Shown here: positions 41,426 to 56,261 of the stretch, in pieces | Numbering within the stretch: the stretch's first letter is position 1 | How the letters are laid out: each line of letters begins with the position of its first letter | NCBI GenBank assembly: GCA_951406725.2 | Contig: OX597838.1 | Location: forward strand, 7,192,001 to 7,256,000 | Direction: 5' to 3' | DNA: 64,000 bases | Origin: Octopus vulgaris | Taxonomy: Eukaryota | Notes under the pieces: model-generated | Told to the model about the DNA's origin: nothing | Seen by the model: only the letters and a program-made list of their open reading frames with translations | The model's database searches: none | Made by a program: the position numbers and the translations under genes

Positions 41426-41806
41426 AATAGAATAGAATATAAATATGCATATGTATTTATATATATGTACATACATACATATTCGTTCATGCATGCATAC
41501 ATGTACGTTTGTATACGGTTGTTCATGCGGAAGTCTGAACACTACTGAGCAGGTCCTACCTCATGTGGTCGATCTAGTTGTATATATACACACATATGTG
41601 CGTGCGCGCGCGCGCGCGTGTGTGTGTGTAGGGGGTGCGTGGATGTATGTCTGTATGTATTTGAAAATGCATAGCTCGGTGTTTTATTTAGAGCGTTAGG
41701 TTTACAACTGTTGGGTTGTTAGTTCGATTCGCAGACCCAGAAGTGTGTTCTGTTATAAGCAAAACCATTTATTTTACGCTCTCTACAAATAGATAGATAG
41801 ATTGAT

Positions 41807-42205
41807 TGGCTGTGTGGTAAGTAGCTTGCTAACCAACCACATGGTTCCGGGTTCACTCCCACTGCGTGGCATCTTGGGCAAGTGTCTTCTGCTATAGCCC
41901 CGGGCCGACCAATGCCTTGTGAGTGGATTTGGTATACGGAAACTGAAAGAAGCCTGTCGTATATATGTATGTATATATGTATGCGTGTGTGTGTTTGTGT
42001 GTCTGTGTTTGTCCCCCTAGCATTGCTTGACAACCGATGCTAGTGTGTTAACGTCCCCGTCACTTAGCGGTTCGGCAAAAGAGACCGATAGAATAAGTAC
42101 TGGGCTTACAAAGGATAAGTCCCGGGGTCGATTTGATCGACTAAAGGCGGTGCTCCAGCATGGCCGCAGTCAAATGACTGAAACAATTAAAAGAGTAAAA
42201 GAGAG
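41807..42205 (+). mobile_element. SINE family A, near full length
   Basis: Colinear with 36571 copy. Confidence 0.9.
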
Positions 42206-42395
42206 AGAGATATCGAAATACTTTCCTTCGTGACAGGTCACGTTCGCTCTCCGAATGTTTGAGGTGGAAGCTGAACTTCGGCGTAACGGCAAACCGCATT
42301 ACAGATTGCATAAGGCTGACGAAACATTTCTGTATAATTCGCAGAGAACACTTTTTAATCCGTACTCTCGAAGCCACACCAAATATAATAAAACC

Positions 42396-42432
<37 letters not shown>

Positions 42433-42546
42433 ATATTTCGGAATGGTCATATTGCCAGTTTAGCCAATAAAAACACACGCACTATATATTTGGTGTTATT
42501 TTGCTTCAGTGATATTTATTTTTTACATTAATCTTAATCTTATTTC

Positions 42547-42591
42547 GGCCAAAGTTCTTTCGTCACACTCCTGTGACCGCATCAGTGGTCC
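42547..42591 (-). ncRNA. Hammerhead-like motif, inverted copy of 45919-45963
   Basis: Exact reverse complement of the plus-strand motif. Confidence 0.55.
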
Positions 42592-43120
42592 TTTGTTTTC
42601 TTCTCACTTACTTGTGTCTCTCCTTACTAACCGTCAGCCATTTTGTATTTCTATTGTATGTCTTCATTTGCGCATGCTTATATCTCTATGTGCGTCTATG
42701 TTTATTTAGTGTGTGGGGGGGGATGCCTGTAATATTTGTATCTTCTGGTTATATACATTCTTGTAATTTGTATTTTGTTTTTGTTGTTGTTGCTTTTGTT
42801 CTAATTTTATTCATGTGTTTACATCCACCCATTATTATCATTACATATGCTTGTATGTATGTATAACAACAATATTAGTAATAATAATAATAAATCTAAT
42901 CGAGAGAAAAAAAAAAAAAAAAAAAAAAAGAATATACATATACATATATATATATATACATACATATACATATACATATATATATATATATATATACATA
43001 TATACACACATATATACACATATACATATACATATATATACACATATACATATATATAGATATTCATTTCTATTTCTTTAATTACCTGTGTATTTATTAT
43101 GTTTGCAGGATCCACTATTG

Positions 43121-43839
43121 TCATATGTTGTGGTGTGCGCTATTGCTCCATTCTAGTTTTCTATTCAGGCTAGGTTTATTTTCTATTATATGTGTAGCTT
43201 CTGTAATTTGTCTAATTGTTGCATCTGTTCTATGTGTGGACAATATCTTAATCTCTATGTTATTGATTGATCCCCCGTGTTCTTGTTCGGCGTGTTGGTA
43301 CAGAATCGCTGAGCTTTTACCTTCCTTGAGTTGTCTCCAATGTTCATTCACCCGCTCACAATGCTTCTTGCAGTTTCCCCTACGTATGTTACTGTCTTGT
43401 TACTGCATCGTCCCTCTATACATCTTATACTATAGACCACATTTCTGGCTTTACAGTTCGTTTGTGGGCTAAATCTACATACAGTGCAATAGTTATCCGT
43501 ACAGAGAGTTCTACTAAAAGGATAGGTTCTACCAATTATAGATCTGATAGGGTTGCCTGGCTTTTCAACAACCTTAATTCTTAGTTTAAGTTTATCTAGG
43601 GTCCTTCTAAAGCGGTACGCTAGTTCACCTCCAGGGGTGGTGTCAACGAACATGACACTCTGGTATTTATGGCTATCATACCAAGAGTTGGCCTTCCTTA
43701 TTTTCTTTTTGTCCTTTCTATAGTGTTCCATGACTTGTTCCTGTAGAGTGGGCAAATCCCATTCCTATCATTACATAATATATTATCAAATTTCTTCATG
43801 GCTCCTTTGTATACTCTGATCCTTTCTTTATGGCTGTAA
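43121..43839 (-). pseudogene. Inverted partial copy of the Penelope ORF (linker + GIY-YIG) with two single-base deletions
   Basis: ORFs 43348-43755 and 43121-43351 reproduce the C-terminal peptide of the plus-strand ORF. Confidence 0.85.
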
Positions 43840-43840
43840 T

Positions 43841-45397
43841 GTCGACACAGAAGAACTGGGCCTCCTACTTAGACTGACATATAATAGTGAATACTTAGAT
43901 AAACATAATCTTAGTAGTTTCTGCCCCAGTAGATGTTTAAGAGGTAGACCGCCTACAATTACTTCTATGGCTAGGAAGACACATATAGAAAGATGGCGCG
44001 GATGGACCAGAGCCATACGGAGCCCCGCAAATGTCCATCAGGTAAAGAAAATGATCGCACATGCACTAGGAGCTAGTATAAGAGTTACCCTAAAAGGCCA
44101 CACATTTAAATTTAATAATAAAATATATGCCCAGGACGAGGGGGCAGCCATCGGTGTTAGTATCGCTGGTGATGTGGCCAACCTCTTCATGGTATGGTGG
44201 GACAGAAGGCTTAAAGAATGCCTACTGCAGAAATCCATACTCGTAAACATGTACTCTCGCTATGTTGATGATATCAATATAGTAGTAAAGGCACCCCCAC
44301 AAGAAAGTACTGTTGATATAGTAATAGAAACTAATACTATGGAGAGCATCCAGCAAATAGCTAACTCCATCCACCAGAGTATTAAGGTCACAATAGACTA
44401 CCCCACTAAACACCCCAACCATAGACTACCAGTACTAGACACTGAACTCTGGCTAGAAATTGTGAAAAATAAAACCCAAATCCTTCATTCATACTATGCA
44501 AAACCTATGGCCTCAAAATACCTGATCCACCGGAACTCAGCCATTGCGGGCAATGCCAAATTCAATATTTTGATGGCAGACCTCGTCAGAATAATGAGAA
44601 ATGTGTCACGCATGTGCGAGCCTACAGAATTAAAGAGACACATACAGTATTTCATTCACCGCATGCAGTTCTCAGGTTACAGCCATAAAGAAAGGATCAG
44701 AGTATACAAAGGAGCCATGAAGAAATTTGATAATATATTATGTAATGATAGGAATGGGATTTGCCCACTCTACAGGAACAAGTCATGGAACACTATAGAA
44801 AGGACAAAAAAGAAAATAAGGAAGGCCAACTCTTGGTATGATAGCCATAAATACCAGAGTGTCATGTTCGTTGACACCACCCCTGGAGGTGAACTAGCGT
44901 ACCGCTTTAGAAGGACCCTAGATAAACTTAAACTAAGAATTAAGGTTGTTGAAAAGCCAGGCAACCCTATCAGATCTATAATTGGTAGAACCTATCCTTT
45001 TAGTAGAACTCTCTGTACGGATAACTATTGCACTGTATGTAGATTTAGCCCACAAACGAACTGTAAAGCCAGAAATGTGGTCTATAGTATAAGATGTATA
45101 GAGGGACGATGCAGTAACAAGACAGTAACATACGTAGGGGAAACTGCAAGAAGCATTGGTGAGCGGGTGAATGAACATTGGAGACAACTCAAGGAAGGTA
45201 AAAGCTCAGCGATTCTGTACCAACACGCCGAACAAGAACACGGGGGATCAATCAATAACATAGAGATTAAGATATTGTCCACACATAGAACAGATGCAAC
45301 AATTAGACAAATTACAGAAGCTACACATATAATAGAAAATAAACCTAGCCTGAATAGAAAACTAGAATGGAGCAATAGCGCACACCACAACATATGA
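43841..45397 (+). CDS. Penelope-like reverse transcriptase + GIY-YIG endonuclease, N-terminally truncated (possibly Neptune-like)
   Basis: Frame open from the junction ([23 protein letters not shown]); [31 protein letters not shown]; Cys-rich linker [11 protein letters not shown]; [26 protein letters not shown]. Confidence 0.92.
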   Translation, partial: VDTEELGLLLRLTYNSEYLDKHNLSSFCPSRCLRGRPPTITSMARKTHIERWRGWTRAIRSPANVHQVKKMIAHALGASIRVTLKGHTFKFNNKIYAQDEGAAIGVSIAGDVANLFMVWWDRRLKECLLQKSILVNMYSRYVDDINIVVKAPPQESTVDIVIETNTMESIQQIANSIHQSIKVTIDYPTKHPNHRLPVLDTELWLEIVKNKTQILHSYYAKPMASKYLIHRNSAIAGNAKFNILMADLVRIMRNVSRMCEPTELKRHIQYFIHRMQFSGYSHKERIRVYKGAMKKFDNILCNDRNGICPLYRNKSWNTIERTKKKIRKANSWYDSHKYQSVMFVDTTPGGELAYRFRRTLDKLKLRIKVVEKPGNPIRSIIGRTYPFSRTLCTDNYCTVCRFSPQTNCKARNVVYSIRCIEGRCSNKTVTYVGETARSIGERVNEHWRQLKEGKSSAILYQHAEQEHGGSINNIEIKILSTHRTDATIRQITEATHIIENKPSLNRKLEWSNSAHHNI

Positions 45398-45918
45398 CAA
45401 TAGTGGATCCTGCAAACATAATAAATACACAGGTAATTAAAGAAATAGAAATGAATATCTATATATATGTATATGTGTATATATATGTATATGTATATGT
45501 GTATATATGTGTGTATATATGTATATATATATATATATATATGTATATGTATATGTATGTATATATATATATATGTATATGTATATTCTTTTTTTTTTTT
45601 TTTTTTTCGATTAGATTTATTATTATTATTACTAATATTGTTGTTATACATACATACAAGCATATGTAATGATAATAATGGGTGGATGTAAACACATGAA
45701 TAAAATTAGAACAAAAGCAACAACAACAAAAACAAAATACAAATTACAAGAATGTATATAACCAGAAGATACAAATATTACAGGCATCCCCCCCCACACA
45801 CTAAATAAACATAGACGCACATAGAGATATAAGCATGCGCAAATGAAGACATACAATAGAAATACAAAATGGCTGACGGTTAGTAAGGAGAGACACAAGT
45901 AAGTGAGAAGAAAACAAA

Positions 45919-45963
45919 GGACCACTGATGCGGTCACAGGAGTGTGACGAAAGAACTTTGGCC
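45919..45963 (+). ncRNA. Minimal type I hammerhead-like motif in the Penelope 3' repeat (A9C variant)
   Basis: ggacca CUGAUGCG GUCACA ggag UGUGAC GAAA gaac UU uggcc; position in the pLTR is where PLE hammerheads are known to lie. Confidence 0.55.
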
Positions 45964-46138
45964 GAAATAAGATTAAGATTAATGTAAAAAATAAATATCA
46001 CTGAAGCAAAATAACACCAAATATATAGTGCGTGTGTTTTTATTGGCTAAACTGGCAATATGACCATTCCGAAATATAACAATATCTGTTTCAACACACG
46101 ACTTCACATAAAAAATCTTGCACAACAAATATTTAAAC

Positions 46139-46177
<39 letters not shown>

Positions 46178-46197
46178 TACACATACACGCAAACACA

Positions 46198-46265
<68 letters not shown>

Positions 46266-46380
46266 CGTGATCACTGTAACAGACCAGGCTATCAGATGTT
46301 GCTACACATCACTGGTCAAAATGCTCTTCGCATTGTTGTAGCCTTCAAATAACGCCGCCCCGTTGGCTATGCGAGCAGGG

Positions 46381-46417
<37 letters not shown>

Positions 46418-46954
46418 AAGAGCGATATACATTTATTATACATATATATCAAGAAATATACGCTCTCTCCTCACACACAGACACACATACGTACACGTAC
46501 ACACACATGCACAAACACACATATCCTCTTCATAACGCAGGAGTTCTGTTAGTTCAAAATGGCCACTATTCAACTCGTTCCACATAAATCACACACGGAA
46601 TATTACTTTACTTATGATCATTAAATATTATTTTGATTTGCTTCCATCTTTTTCGATTTGTTCCAAATACCTCCAGATTATAATACGTCTCTCAACTCAT
46701 ATTTCATTTAGAAGAATTTTATATACATTAAAGATTTTTGCTTTATGACTTTTAGAATTTAAGACTTTCTTAATTCTTTAAGAAATTTATTTATAAATAT
46801 TCTTGCTTAATGTCACCTCACAGACCAACAAATCATTTCTAATATGTTGGTAAGTTCTGGATACTTGTTAGAACTTCACACGAGGATTAAACACATTTCT
46901 TGATCGATAAGAACAGCAAAAATAAATCGATATAAATCTATAAAAGTCACAAAA

Positions 46955-46990
<36 letters not shown>

Positions 46991-47037
46991 TAATACTATG
47001 GCTACTAATCATAATAAAAATGAACAAACATAGACAC

Positions 47038-47056
47038 ATAGATAGATAGATAGATT

Positions 47057-47127
<71 letters not shown>

Positions 47128-47154
47128 GATTGATAGATAGATAGATGGATAGAC

Positions 47155-47186
<32 letters not shown>

Positions 47187-47191
47187 GGATG

Positions 47192-47230
<39 letters not shown>

Positions 47231-47268
47231 GGATGGATGGATAGATAGATAGATAGATAGATAGAGAG

Positions 47269-47360
<92 letters not shown>

Positions 47361-47370
47361 TGATAGATAG
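47038..47370. repeat. (GATA)n microsatellite; others at 50340-50430 and 53238-53545
   Basis: Direct inspection. Confidence 0.95.
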
Positions 47371-47764
47371 TCTAAGAAATAATCGGAGCAAAAGAAATTT
47401 GAGCAAACAGCCAATGTCGAAGTAAAAACAAAAGCTGTCTAGATAGAAATGAACAATAGCGCAGGCGTCGATAAATAATGGGAGATAAATATGTCTGTTA
47501 CTTGTCATTGCAAAACAAACATTTTCTCCACCGATAAGATCATTGCTGTAATTGCTAAACCATGAAGGAATTCAAAATATACCGACGTCACGTCGGTCGG
47601 CCATGTTGTTGTTGTTGTTGTTGTTGCTGTTGTTGTTGTTGTTTTGTAGTATTTGTACTTCTCAGCTCTGATCGTGCTGTCTTATGATCAAATACTTTTC
47701 AACTATGAATTCCGAGAATTATACATACACACATGTATATATACAAACTCACACACACACACAC

Positions 47765-47859
<95 letters not shown>

Positions 47860-47940
47860 CAGTGTATACATATATATAACTGAATAAGTCGGAATTAACA
47901 AAGAGTATATATGTATGTGTATATATATATATATATATAT

Positions 47941-47971
<31 letters not shown>

Positions 47972-49094
47972 TACACATACATATATACATATACATACAC
48001 ATATATATATATATGTATATATACATATACAGATATGTGCATATACACATATAAAAATATATAGGCATATGCACACATGTGTATATATATATATATATAC
48101 GTGCATATAGATTGGTATAATTAGAGTGATACATAATTAAAGAGAGTGTTTGTGAGAGTGAGAGAGATTGGCTCATTGATGTAATGGATGGATGGATGGA
48201 TGGAGGGATGGATGGAGGATAAGTGGGCGAAAGGATGCGTATACATATACATAACCTCAATTTTTCTCTGCGGGTGCAAAATAGTACATCGTGATTTGCC
48301 ACGTCGTAGATGCCCTATCGTATCTTCAGTGATATTGCATCGATATCATTATTGCTGTGGCTACTGGAATACCAATTAGACGATCCTTTACTGACTACGG
48401 TTGGCAGTAAAGTCAGAATCAAACGTATCTCAGATATTCACTTGAACACACCACAATCTTAATTGAAGCCATTTTCTCAAATCTTGCTGCAGGTTTCATC
48501 AATAATTTCCGTTCAACTAAATACAATCCACGATGGTAATTTGTATATTTACTGCAACACATATTGTGCAATAGACCAGATGATTTTTGCCTAATTTGTC
48601 ATCTCAATGCATAGGAAGTCTTTAATAGCAAAATGTAGCATTTTACTGCTCTGTAATGAGGTGCGGTTTTGATGCATACATCCTTGTTACACAGGTCTAC
48701 AAGACACAAAATTTCTCCACCTGATGGTTCATATCGGGTGGAGAAAATTTCTGGTTTTTTAAATCTCAGTTTGGATGTTGGAATTAGACGCAGATAAAGA
48801 AATAGTGCTGCAAAATGCTTCAGTCATTTTCGATTCTTACTCTCTGTCCGTTGATGGCAGAGAAGAGAATTCGGTGGTGACGGTGAGAGGATGAAAAGCG
48901 ACGCGGGTGTAAATGACAGCCATCTTTTTTCATGATCTGGATGATTGTAGCGTTGATGATGATGAGGAGGAGGAAGAAGGGAAGCATGGGAGAGGGGGAG
49001 GAGGGGAAGAGGAGCGGGAGGAGGAGGAAGCGTGATCGTGACAATATCGACCGTGGTGATGACAACAATGATGTTGGTGATAACTTTGGCAATA

Positions 49095-49125
<31 letters not shown>

Positions 49126-50038
49126 CGACGACGACGATGATGACGATGATGATGATGATGAATTTGATGGCGATGGTAATGATCATGATGACTTGTGATG
49201 GACCTGAAAGGATAAAGATGAGGATGATATTAATCATGATAATGCTTATGATGATTTCGATGAGGAGTAGTAGGAGGAGGACGAAGGAGGAGGAAAGAGA
49301 TGAAGAAGAAAAAGGGGATAAGTTGGATATTTGGAGTTTCATTTCGTTTATTGACAGATCCACTTTGAAGTATTCAAAGCAACATGAAATACTACACCCA
49401 CCACCCTCCCCTCTTATCCATCAATTTCGAAGCATCTATTCTCTCGCACAGCCTTCAAACCAACAGTTGTCCCCTTCTACCTCACAACCATTCTTGCGCA
49501 TACTTACACAATCTTCGTTTTCAATCTTCGCGAGATACAACATTGTGTATATGCCGACATCGCTACAAACGGACCAGCGCCGCTGACAGTGTAGACACCG
49601 CCGTTATCACTACGCGCAACAACGGTAACGCTTTACATAGACATCACGTACACAGAAGGTGACAAGCAACGTTCCCGAAACTGCAAAGAAAAAGGCCCCT
49701 GTATTACAACTACTGTTTACTTTGTTTGACGTGCATAGTGGTTTGAAACCAATGTTGGGTGTTTGAATGAATGAGAATGTGTCCATATCTACGAGTGTCT
49801 GTCTGTGTGTACGCGTGTGCAGTGAGAAAGGAATAAAGGGAGAGAGAAAGAGATAGGGAATTTATGATGAGTTGATAGTAAATGAAAGAGAAAAAGGAAA
49901 GTAATACACACAGATATAGAGATAAAATGGTGGCTTGATGAATACATACAAAGACGTGTACATATGTGAATTTACATATACATATACATACATAAAGACA
50001 TACACATATATATGGGTGCGTATGTATACATATGTGCG

Positions 50039-50131
<93 letters not shown>

Positions 50132-50348
50132 GTATACATATATATATATATATATATATACACATTTGTGTGCGTATTTATATATATATACATATATGTA
50201 CTTATATATTTATATAAATATGTATGTATATACGTATGCAGGTTTCTATGTATTGATAGAGAGAGCGAGAGGGAGAAATCGAGAGAGAGTGACATACATA
50301 CATATATACACACATAAGTACCTACATATTTAGACATATAGATAGAAT

Positions 50349-50431
<83 letters not shown>

Positions 50432-51010
50432 TGAAAGTTATGTAGATTGTTATCGAAACAGCAGCGATCGATTCTCTTGACATATACGCAAAGTTAATTA
50501 TGTTGATTGTACCCTTTGAAAAGACGGCATTAAAAGTGTCCCAACACCAACCCGTCATCTCTATATAACCCCCCGCTCTCTACCGAAACTGTTATACTGA
50601 TGTAGTCAGCTAACAAACTCCTTATGTTTGCGCTTCTGTTGCAATATGTCTGATCTTTAGCGCCGGTTTTCGCTTTAGATCTTACAATAGATCACACTAG
50701 CTGCTCTGTTGACTACTGAAATATATTGTGTGTATTAGCGCATGTACTTACGTCTCTAGGCGTATATGTATCTCCAGCTATTGTATGTGTGTTTGTCTCG
50801 TTCCTTCTTCTTTCTTTCTTACTTTCTCGTTCACTGTCTCTGTCGTGTTCTCTGTATTTGTGTATGTGAAATTGTATGCATATAAAATGACGTATAAATG
50901 CGAGCGCGTATGTGTGTATGTGTATATATAAATGTACATATATATTTATTTATATAAACACACACTCACTCACACACACATATATGTATGTATTAATACA
51001 TATACATATA

Positions 51011-51084
<74 letters not shown>

Positions 51085-51107
51085 AGCGTATATATATATA
51101 CATACAT

Positions 51108-51144
<37 letters not shown>

Positions 51145-51214
51145 CCACTCACTCTTTCTCGTTTTCTCTCTGCATCCCTCCCGCTCGGTCCCCCTTTCAC
51201 TCCATCGCCCTTTA

Positions 51215-51284
<70 letters not shown>

Positions 51285-52084
51285 TATCTGTATGTAGTTA
51301 TGTATGTATAGAAGTATTTACAGGCACATTCCGATGCACTCATATATACCGGTGTGGATTGAGGGACTGTGTGTATGTGTGTATGTGCGTCTTTGTGCGT
51401 ATATGTGTGTGTGAATACGTGTATACCTACACGCATATGCGTGTTGTGTGCGTGTGCGTGTGCGAATGTGTGCTTTACACCCACCACATTCAGTAGCAAA
51501 CCACCTCAGACTTAAACATCGCTGATACCTAATTAATTAGAACCAAGACATCGAAACGCATTCCGAGGAATAATAATAGAATAAAGATGTGATTCTGGCT
51601 GACATTGTTGTCAAATGATATGAACCAAATTGTGAAACCTAACCAATCCTATCTACTGTCAGACTCTTCTATTTTCCCTTCTTCTCTCTCGCTCTCTCTT
51701 TCACGCTTCTCCCCTCCGTCTCTCTCTGTCTCTGTCTCTCTCTTTCAGTCTCTCTTTCTCTCTCCATCTCCTCCAATCTCTCTCATTCACTCAAGTTTTC
51801 AATTACAGTTGTGGCAGACGTTTTTGTTTGATTGATAACGATAAATACAGTCCTAACAAAAGCTGTTGAAACGCTCGAGTTGTTTTATAAGTATTTACCT
51901 CTGTTTGTTCGCTCTCCCCCCTCCCCATCTCCCCCTCTCCTCCCTCTCTCTCTTGTTTCTTGTTTCTCTTCATGTTCGTGTAGTGAGTGCATGTGCTTAT
52001 TTGCATCGGGGAGGGAGGGGCATTCCTCTCCGTTTCTCCCTTCTTCTATCCCCATTTCTTGTTCCTACCTTTATTACCATCATC

Positions 52085-52109
52085 AACATTATTATCATTA
52101 TTATTATTA

Positions 52110-52170
<61 letters not shown>

Positions 52171-52361
52171 CATTATTATTATCATTATTATTATCATTAT
52201 TATCATTATTATTATTATTATTATTACTATTATTATTATTATTATTATTACTATTATTATTATCATTATTATTATTACTATTATTATTATTATTAACATT
52301 ATTATTATTATTACTATTATTATTATTATTATTGTTATTATTATTGTTATTGTTGTTGTTA

Positions 52362-52404
<43 letters not shown>

Positions 52405-52541
52405 TATTATTGTTATTATTATTATTATTATTATTGTTATTTTTATTATTATTATTACTATTATTATTATTACTATTATTATTATTATCATTATTATTAT
52501 CATTATTATTATTATTATTATCATTATCATCATTATTATTA

Positions 52542-52572
<31 letters not shown>

Positions 52573-52579
52573 CATTATC

Positions 52580-52664
<85 letters not shown>

Positions 52665-52665
52665 G
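52085..52665. repeat. (ATT)n microsatellite, ~580 bp, interrupted
   Basis: Direct inspection. Confidence 0.95.
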
Positions 52666-53159
52666 TTTTGCTTTTATTTTAGATTCTTTGTTTCTTTTGT
52701 CTTTTTCGTATCGTCATTGTTTCTTCGGAAAGTACTTAAGCATCAGAGTCTACAAACTCTGGAAACAGATAAAGTCATATTTATCAATTTCTTACGTTTC
52801 GCCAATGACGTCTTAACGTTCCGCGCTTGTTGTCTTTTCTGTTTCTGACATCCTATTCTGTGGTGACAGTCACTTGTTTAAACCGCTCTCAACACTTAGA
52901 CAATAATTGCTATGCAAATATCAACACAAAATACTGATTCTTTATCATTCTTTGTTTTGGCTTTTATGTTTTTTTAAGACGTCTAAAACAATGAAGCTGC
53001 TCGAGAGAGAGAGAGAAAGCGATAGCAGAACGGGAAAAAGAGTCTTGCTTGCAAAGCTAGGAACACAGTTCACATGAGCACACACGCATTCCAACATCGT
53101 TCTTCCTTTCTTTCGTTCTCTCTTTCTTACTTTCGTTCCTTGTTTCTTTCTCACTCGCT

Positions 53160-53222
<63 letters not shown>

Positions 53223-53235
53223 TATGTTCATAGGG

Positions 53236-53299
<64 letters not shown>

Positions 53300-53351
53300 G
53301 GATAGATAGATGGATAGATAGACAGACAGATAGACATATAGATAGATAGAC

Positions 53352-53416
<65 letters not shown>

Positions 53417-53495
53417 TATAGATAGATAGATAGATAGATGGATAGATAGATGGATAGATAGACAGACAGACAGATAGACAGATATATAGATAGAC

Positions 53496-53544
<49 letters not shown>

Positions 53545-54899
53545 TGTTTCTTTATTAGCCACACAGGGCTGCACACAGATAGAACAGACGGTAGATTGCT
53601 TACGTTCTCGTAAATTAGCTGTTCGGCTAAAGAGACCAATAGAGGAAATACTAGGATTTAAAAAATAAGTTGTAGGGTCAATTTATTCGTCTAAAATCTT
53701 TCAACGCGGTGCCCCTGCACTGCCGCAGTCAAAAGACCGATCAGATGTTTATAGTGATTAAATGTTCGTGCCGCACTTCAGCTCACTTTTTCCGTTGTTT
53801 GAACCCAATGCTCTATGCGTCACCTGTCAGGTGTCAAAGTGCTCGCATAGCAACATAAGATAAAGTGTTTTAGTCCAGAGCACGACACACGACCGCTTGT
53901 ATGCGTGTTTATATGACCAGGCCAGTGTACCATGATTTCAATGCGAATAAACTGAGCCACAGACTCCGTTTTTTCAGAGCAACATTTTCTTTTTGAGGAT
54001 CTTCGCCTTGTACAATTATCTCACACTCAAGATGAATAAATACGATACCATAATATGATGCATGATATATTTGCCGATATAACCAGAAAAGGTTCCAGGC
54101 GTCTAATACGATCGTTTCACAAATGGCATAACGTGTGTAAGAGTATATGATGAATATTAAATTTATTTTCTCCACAAAATATATATATCTAAATTAGGTG
54201 TGTGTTTTGTGCGCGAGTGCGTATCACACCGCTAAATACGCTAAAATGATAAAATTAATTAACGCCAGTATTTATACACTGAGACATACACGCACACATT
54301 CATACTCATTATAGAGAAATTGAAATACGGTCTAAAATCGGCTTGCAAGATAGTCCGGTCAAATCCACTTTAACACTATTAAGCATCCTAATGCTTAAAT
54401 GATAAGAGAAGAAAAATGGATATGATCCAATTTAAGCAGAAATTAAGTTCTTTCTATGGTTGGACTGATTTTTAAACGAGACATAATCTGAGAAGATTGT
54501 CATGAGACGAAAAATAATTATCAACAAAAAATACTCTCTAAACACGACCCTGTGATGGATTACATGTAGGGGTATGGGTCTGTTGGATCGTATTTGATTC
54601 AACCAGTGTTTAAACGCCAGCATGACACAATGGCTTCTGTCATCTCTCAGATCACTCATCCAAAATGTGTGATCGATTTTTTTTCTGATTAAGCGTGTGG
54701 ATCTATAATATTAATTAAAGATGGCGTCGCAGGAAACGAAATGCCGTGGACGAAGACGAATTTTTTAATGTATTTAATGGGAAAAGATATTTTCTGAATT
54801 ATGCTGTTAACAATTCAGGTGATACAGTATTTATGAAGTAAGGGCAGCTCTGAATACGAAAAGTTCTTAACAAAAAAGAGATAATAAGTTAAGTTAATT

Positions 54900-55170
54900 T
54901 TTTGGCCCAAAAAGCAAAAAGCAAGGCCATGTGGGGGGACATGGAGTTATGTACAGGGAGGGTGTTCATGCAAAGAGTTCAGGCCATTTCTGGTCAAGAG
55001 AGACTTTGAAACGAGCGGTCGTCGGCATCTTCACTATCTCGTCCGGCAGCTTATTCCACGGATCCGCAACCCGGACGGAGAAAGCCCCTCTCCTTCGATT
55101 GAGATGAAATCGTCCCAGATAGAGCTTTTCGGAGTGACCCTGCAGCTGACGCTCTGGAGCAGCAGTGAAG
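54900..55170 (-). pseudogene. CR1-group LINE 3' end
   Basis: Minus strand QLQGHSEKLYLGRFHLNRRRGAFSVRVADPWNKLPDEIVKMPTTARFKVSLD matches the GH..KL..FS.RV...WN.LP...FK..LD signature. Confidence 0.85.
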
Positions 55171-56261
55171 AACAGCTCTTTCGAGAGGTTACACTTTCCG
55201 CTTATGATGTTGTGAGCAAGAATGAGATCACCACGGTGTCGTCGTTAAGTTACGTGCTATATTCACGTTGTATAAAAAGTTATTTCGTTTCATTAATGTC
55301 GTCGATTTGGAACGATGTAAAACAAAGCGCTGTACAATAATATTTCCGAATTTAAGTTACGGGTAACAATCGTGAACTCGCCTGTCGCCGGAGGCCGATA
55401 CGTGTTCCGCAATTTCATGCTGAACACTCTACAGAGATGATTTGTTTATAATAATCAAATGTTCGTGCTGTGCGTTGGTTCACCCAGAACATCAAGTCGA
55501 CACTTTCCGTACAGTTGCACGGCAGGTTATAGGACAAATGAAGTGATTGAAGTGCAATTGGCGATGACGTGCATTGCAGGAAAATGAAATGTTCCGCCCG
55601 ATCCGGTAACCAAAGCCACAATCTTGTGATCGTGCGAGCAACACCGTACCCACTCGACCAAGCGCCCTTGCTAGGGATAGCGGAACTAGTTACACAACTG
55701 TTTTTTTTTAATTACATGGTCAACATTTTTAATACAACCTTTATTATTTTACCGTCTCCCTTAGTAAGTGATACCTCTTTTTACGTACGAAAATGTTTAA
55801 AATATTGATGGAACAACGAAAATATAGACGGAGGACTATTTCCAGGATGTAAGTTAATACTTTTTTTTTTTGGCAACAAGGAATCGTTCAAGTTTCATTC
55901 ATAAACAGAACTCCAAATATTTCCTTTATCATTTTCCAGTAACATTTACCATTCTCTTGGAATCGGAATGTATGTGACTGAGGAAGAATCCAGACCGGAT
56001 ATTAACCCTTTCATGCGAAATTAAATTTCATGCTCATTCCAATAATGACCTTAAATCGATCTCTAAAATAAAAAGCAAAATTGGTATTTTCTGCATGTCA
56101 CGTTACCTCAGAAAACTTGACATTTCTCAACAAAAAAAATCATTATCAATTGACGTTCTTCAGCAAATGGTAAATAGAATTTTCAGTGGATGTACTTAAT
56201 TTCCGCAATAAAATGGGTTAAAAGACATTCAGACGAAAATCTTTTGCTGAAAATTACAGCG

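Larger units (their letters stand above)
42425..46140 (+). mobile_element. Penelope-like retroelement, 5'-truncated, preceded by an inverted copy of its 3' 1.4 kb; inserted in (TA)n
   Basis: 42425-43839 is the reverse complement of 44677-46085; RT + GIY-YIG ORF; (TA)n on both sides. Confidence 0.92.

Noticed and set aside
46068-46092. Second hammerhead half GAAATAT-AACA-ATATC coinciding with the short Penelope terminus
   Set aside because: No matching core or stem II could be paired; the coincidence is noted only
48711-48746. 14-bp hairpin as miRNA precursor or terminator
   Set aside because: Stem too short for a pre-miRNA; bacterial terminators are irrelevant here
51866-52816. Poly-Ile/Leu/Tyr membrane-protein-like ORFs (also 32125-32920)
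   Set aside because: (ATT)n microsatellite translations
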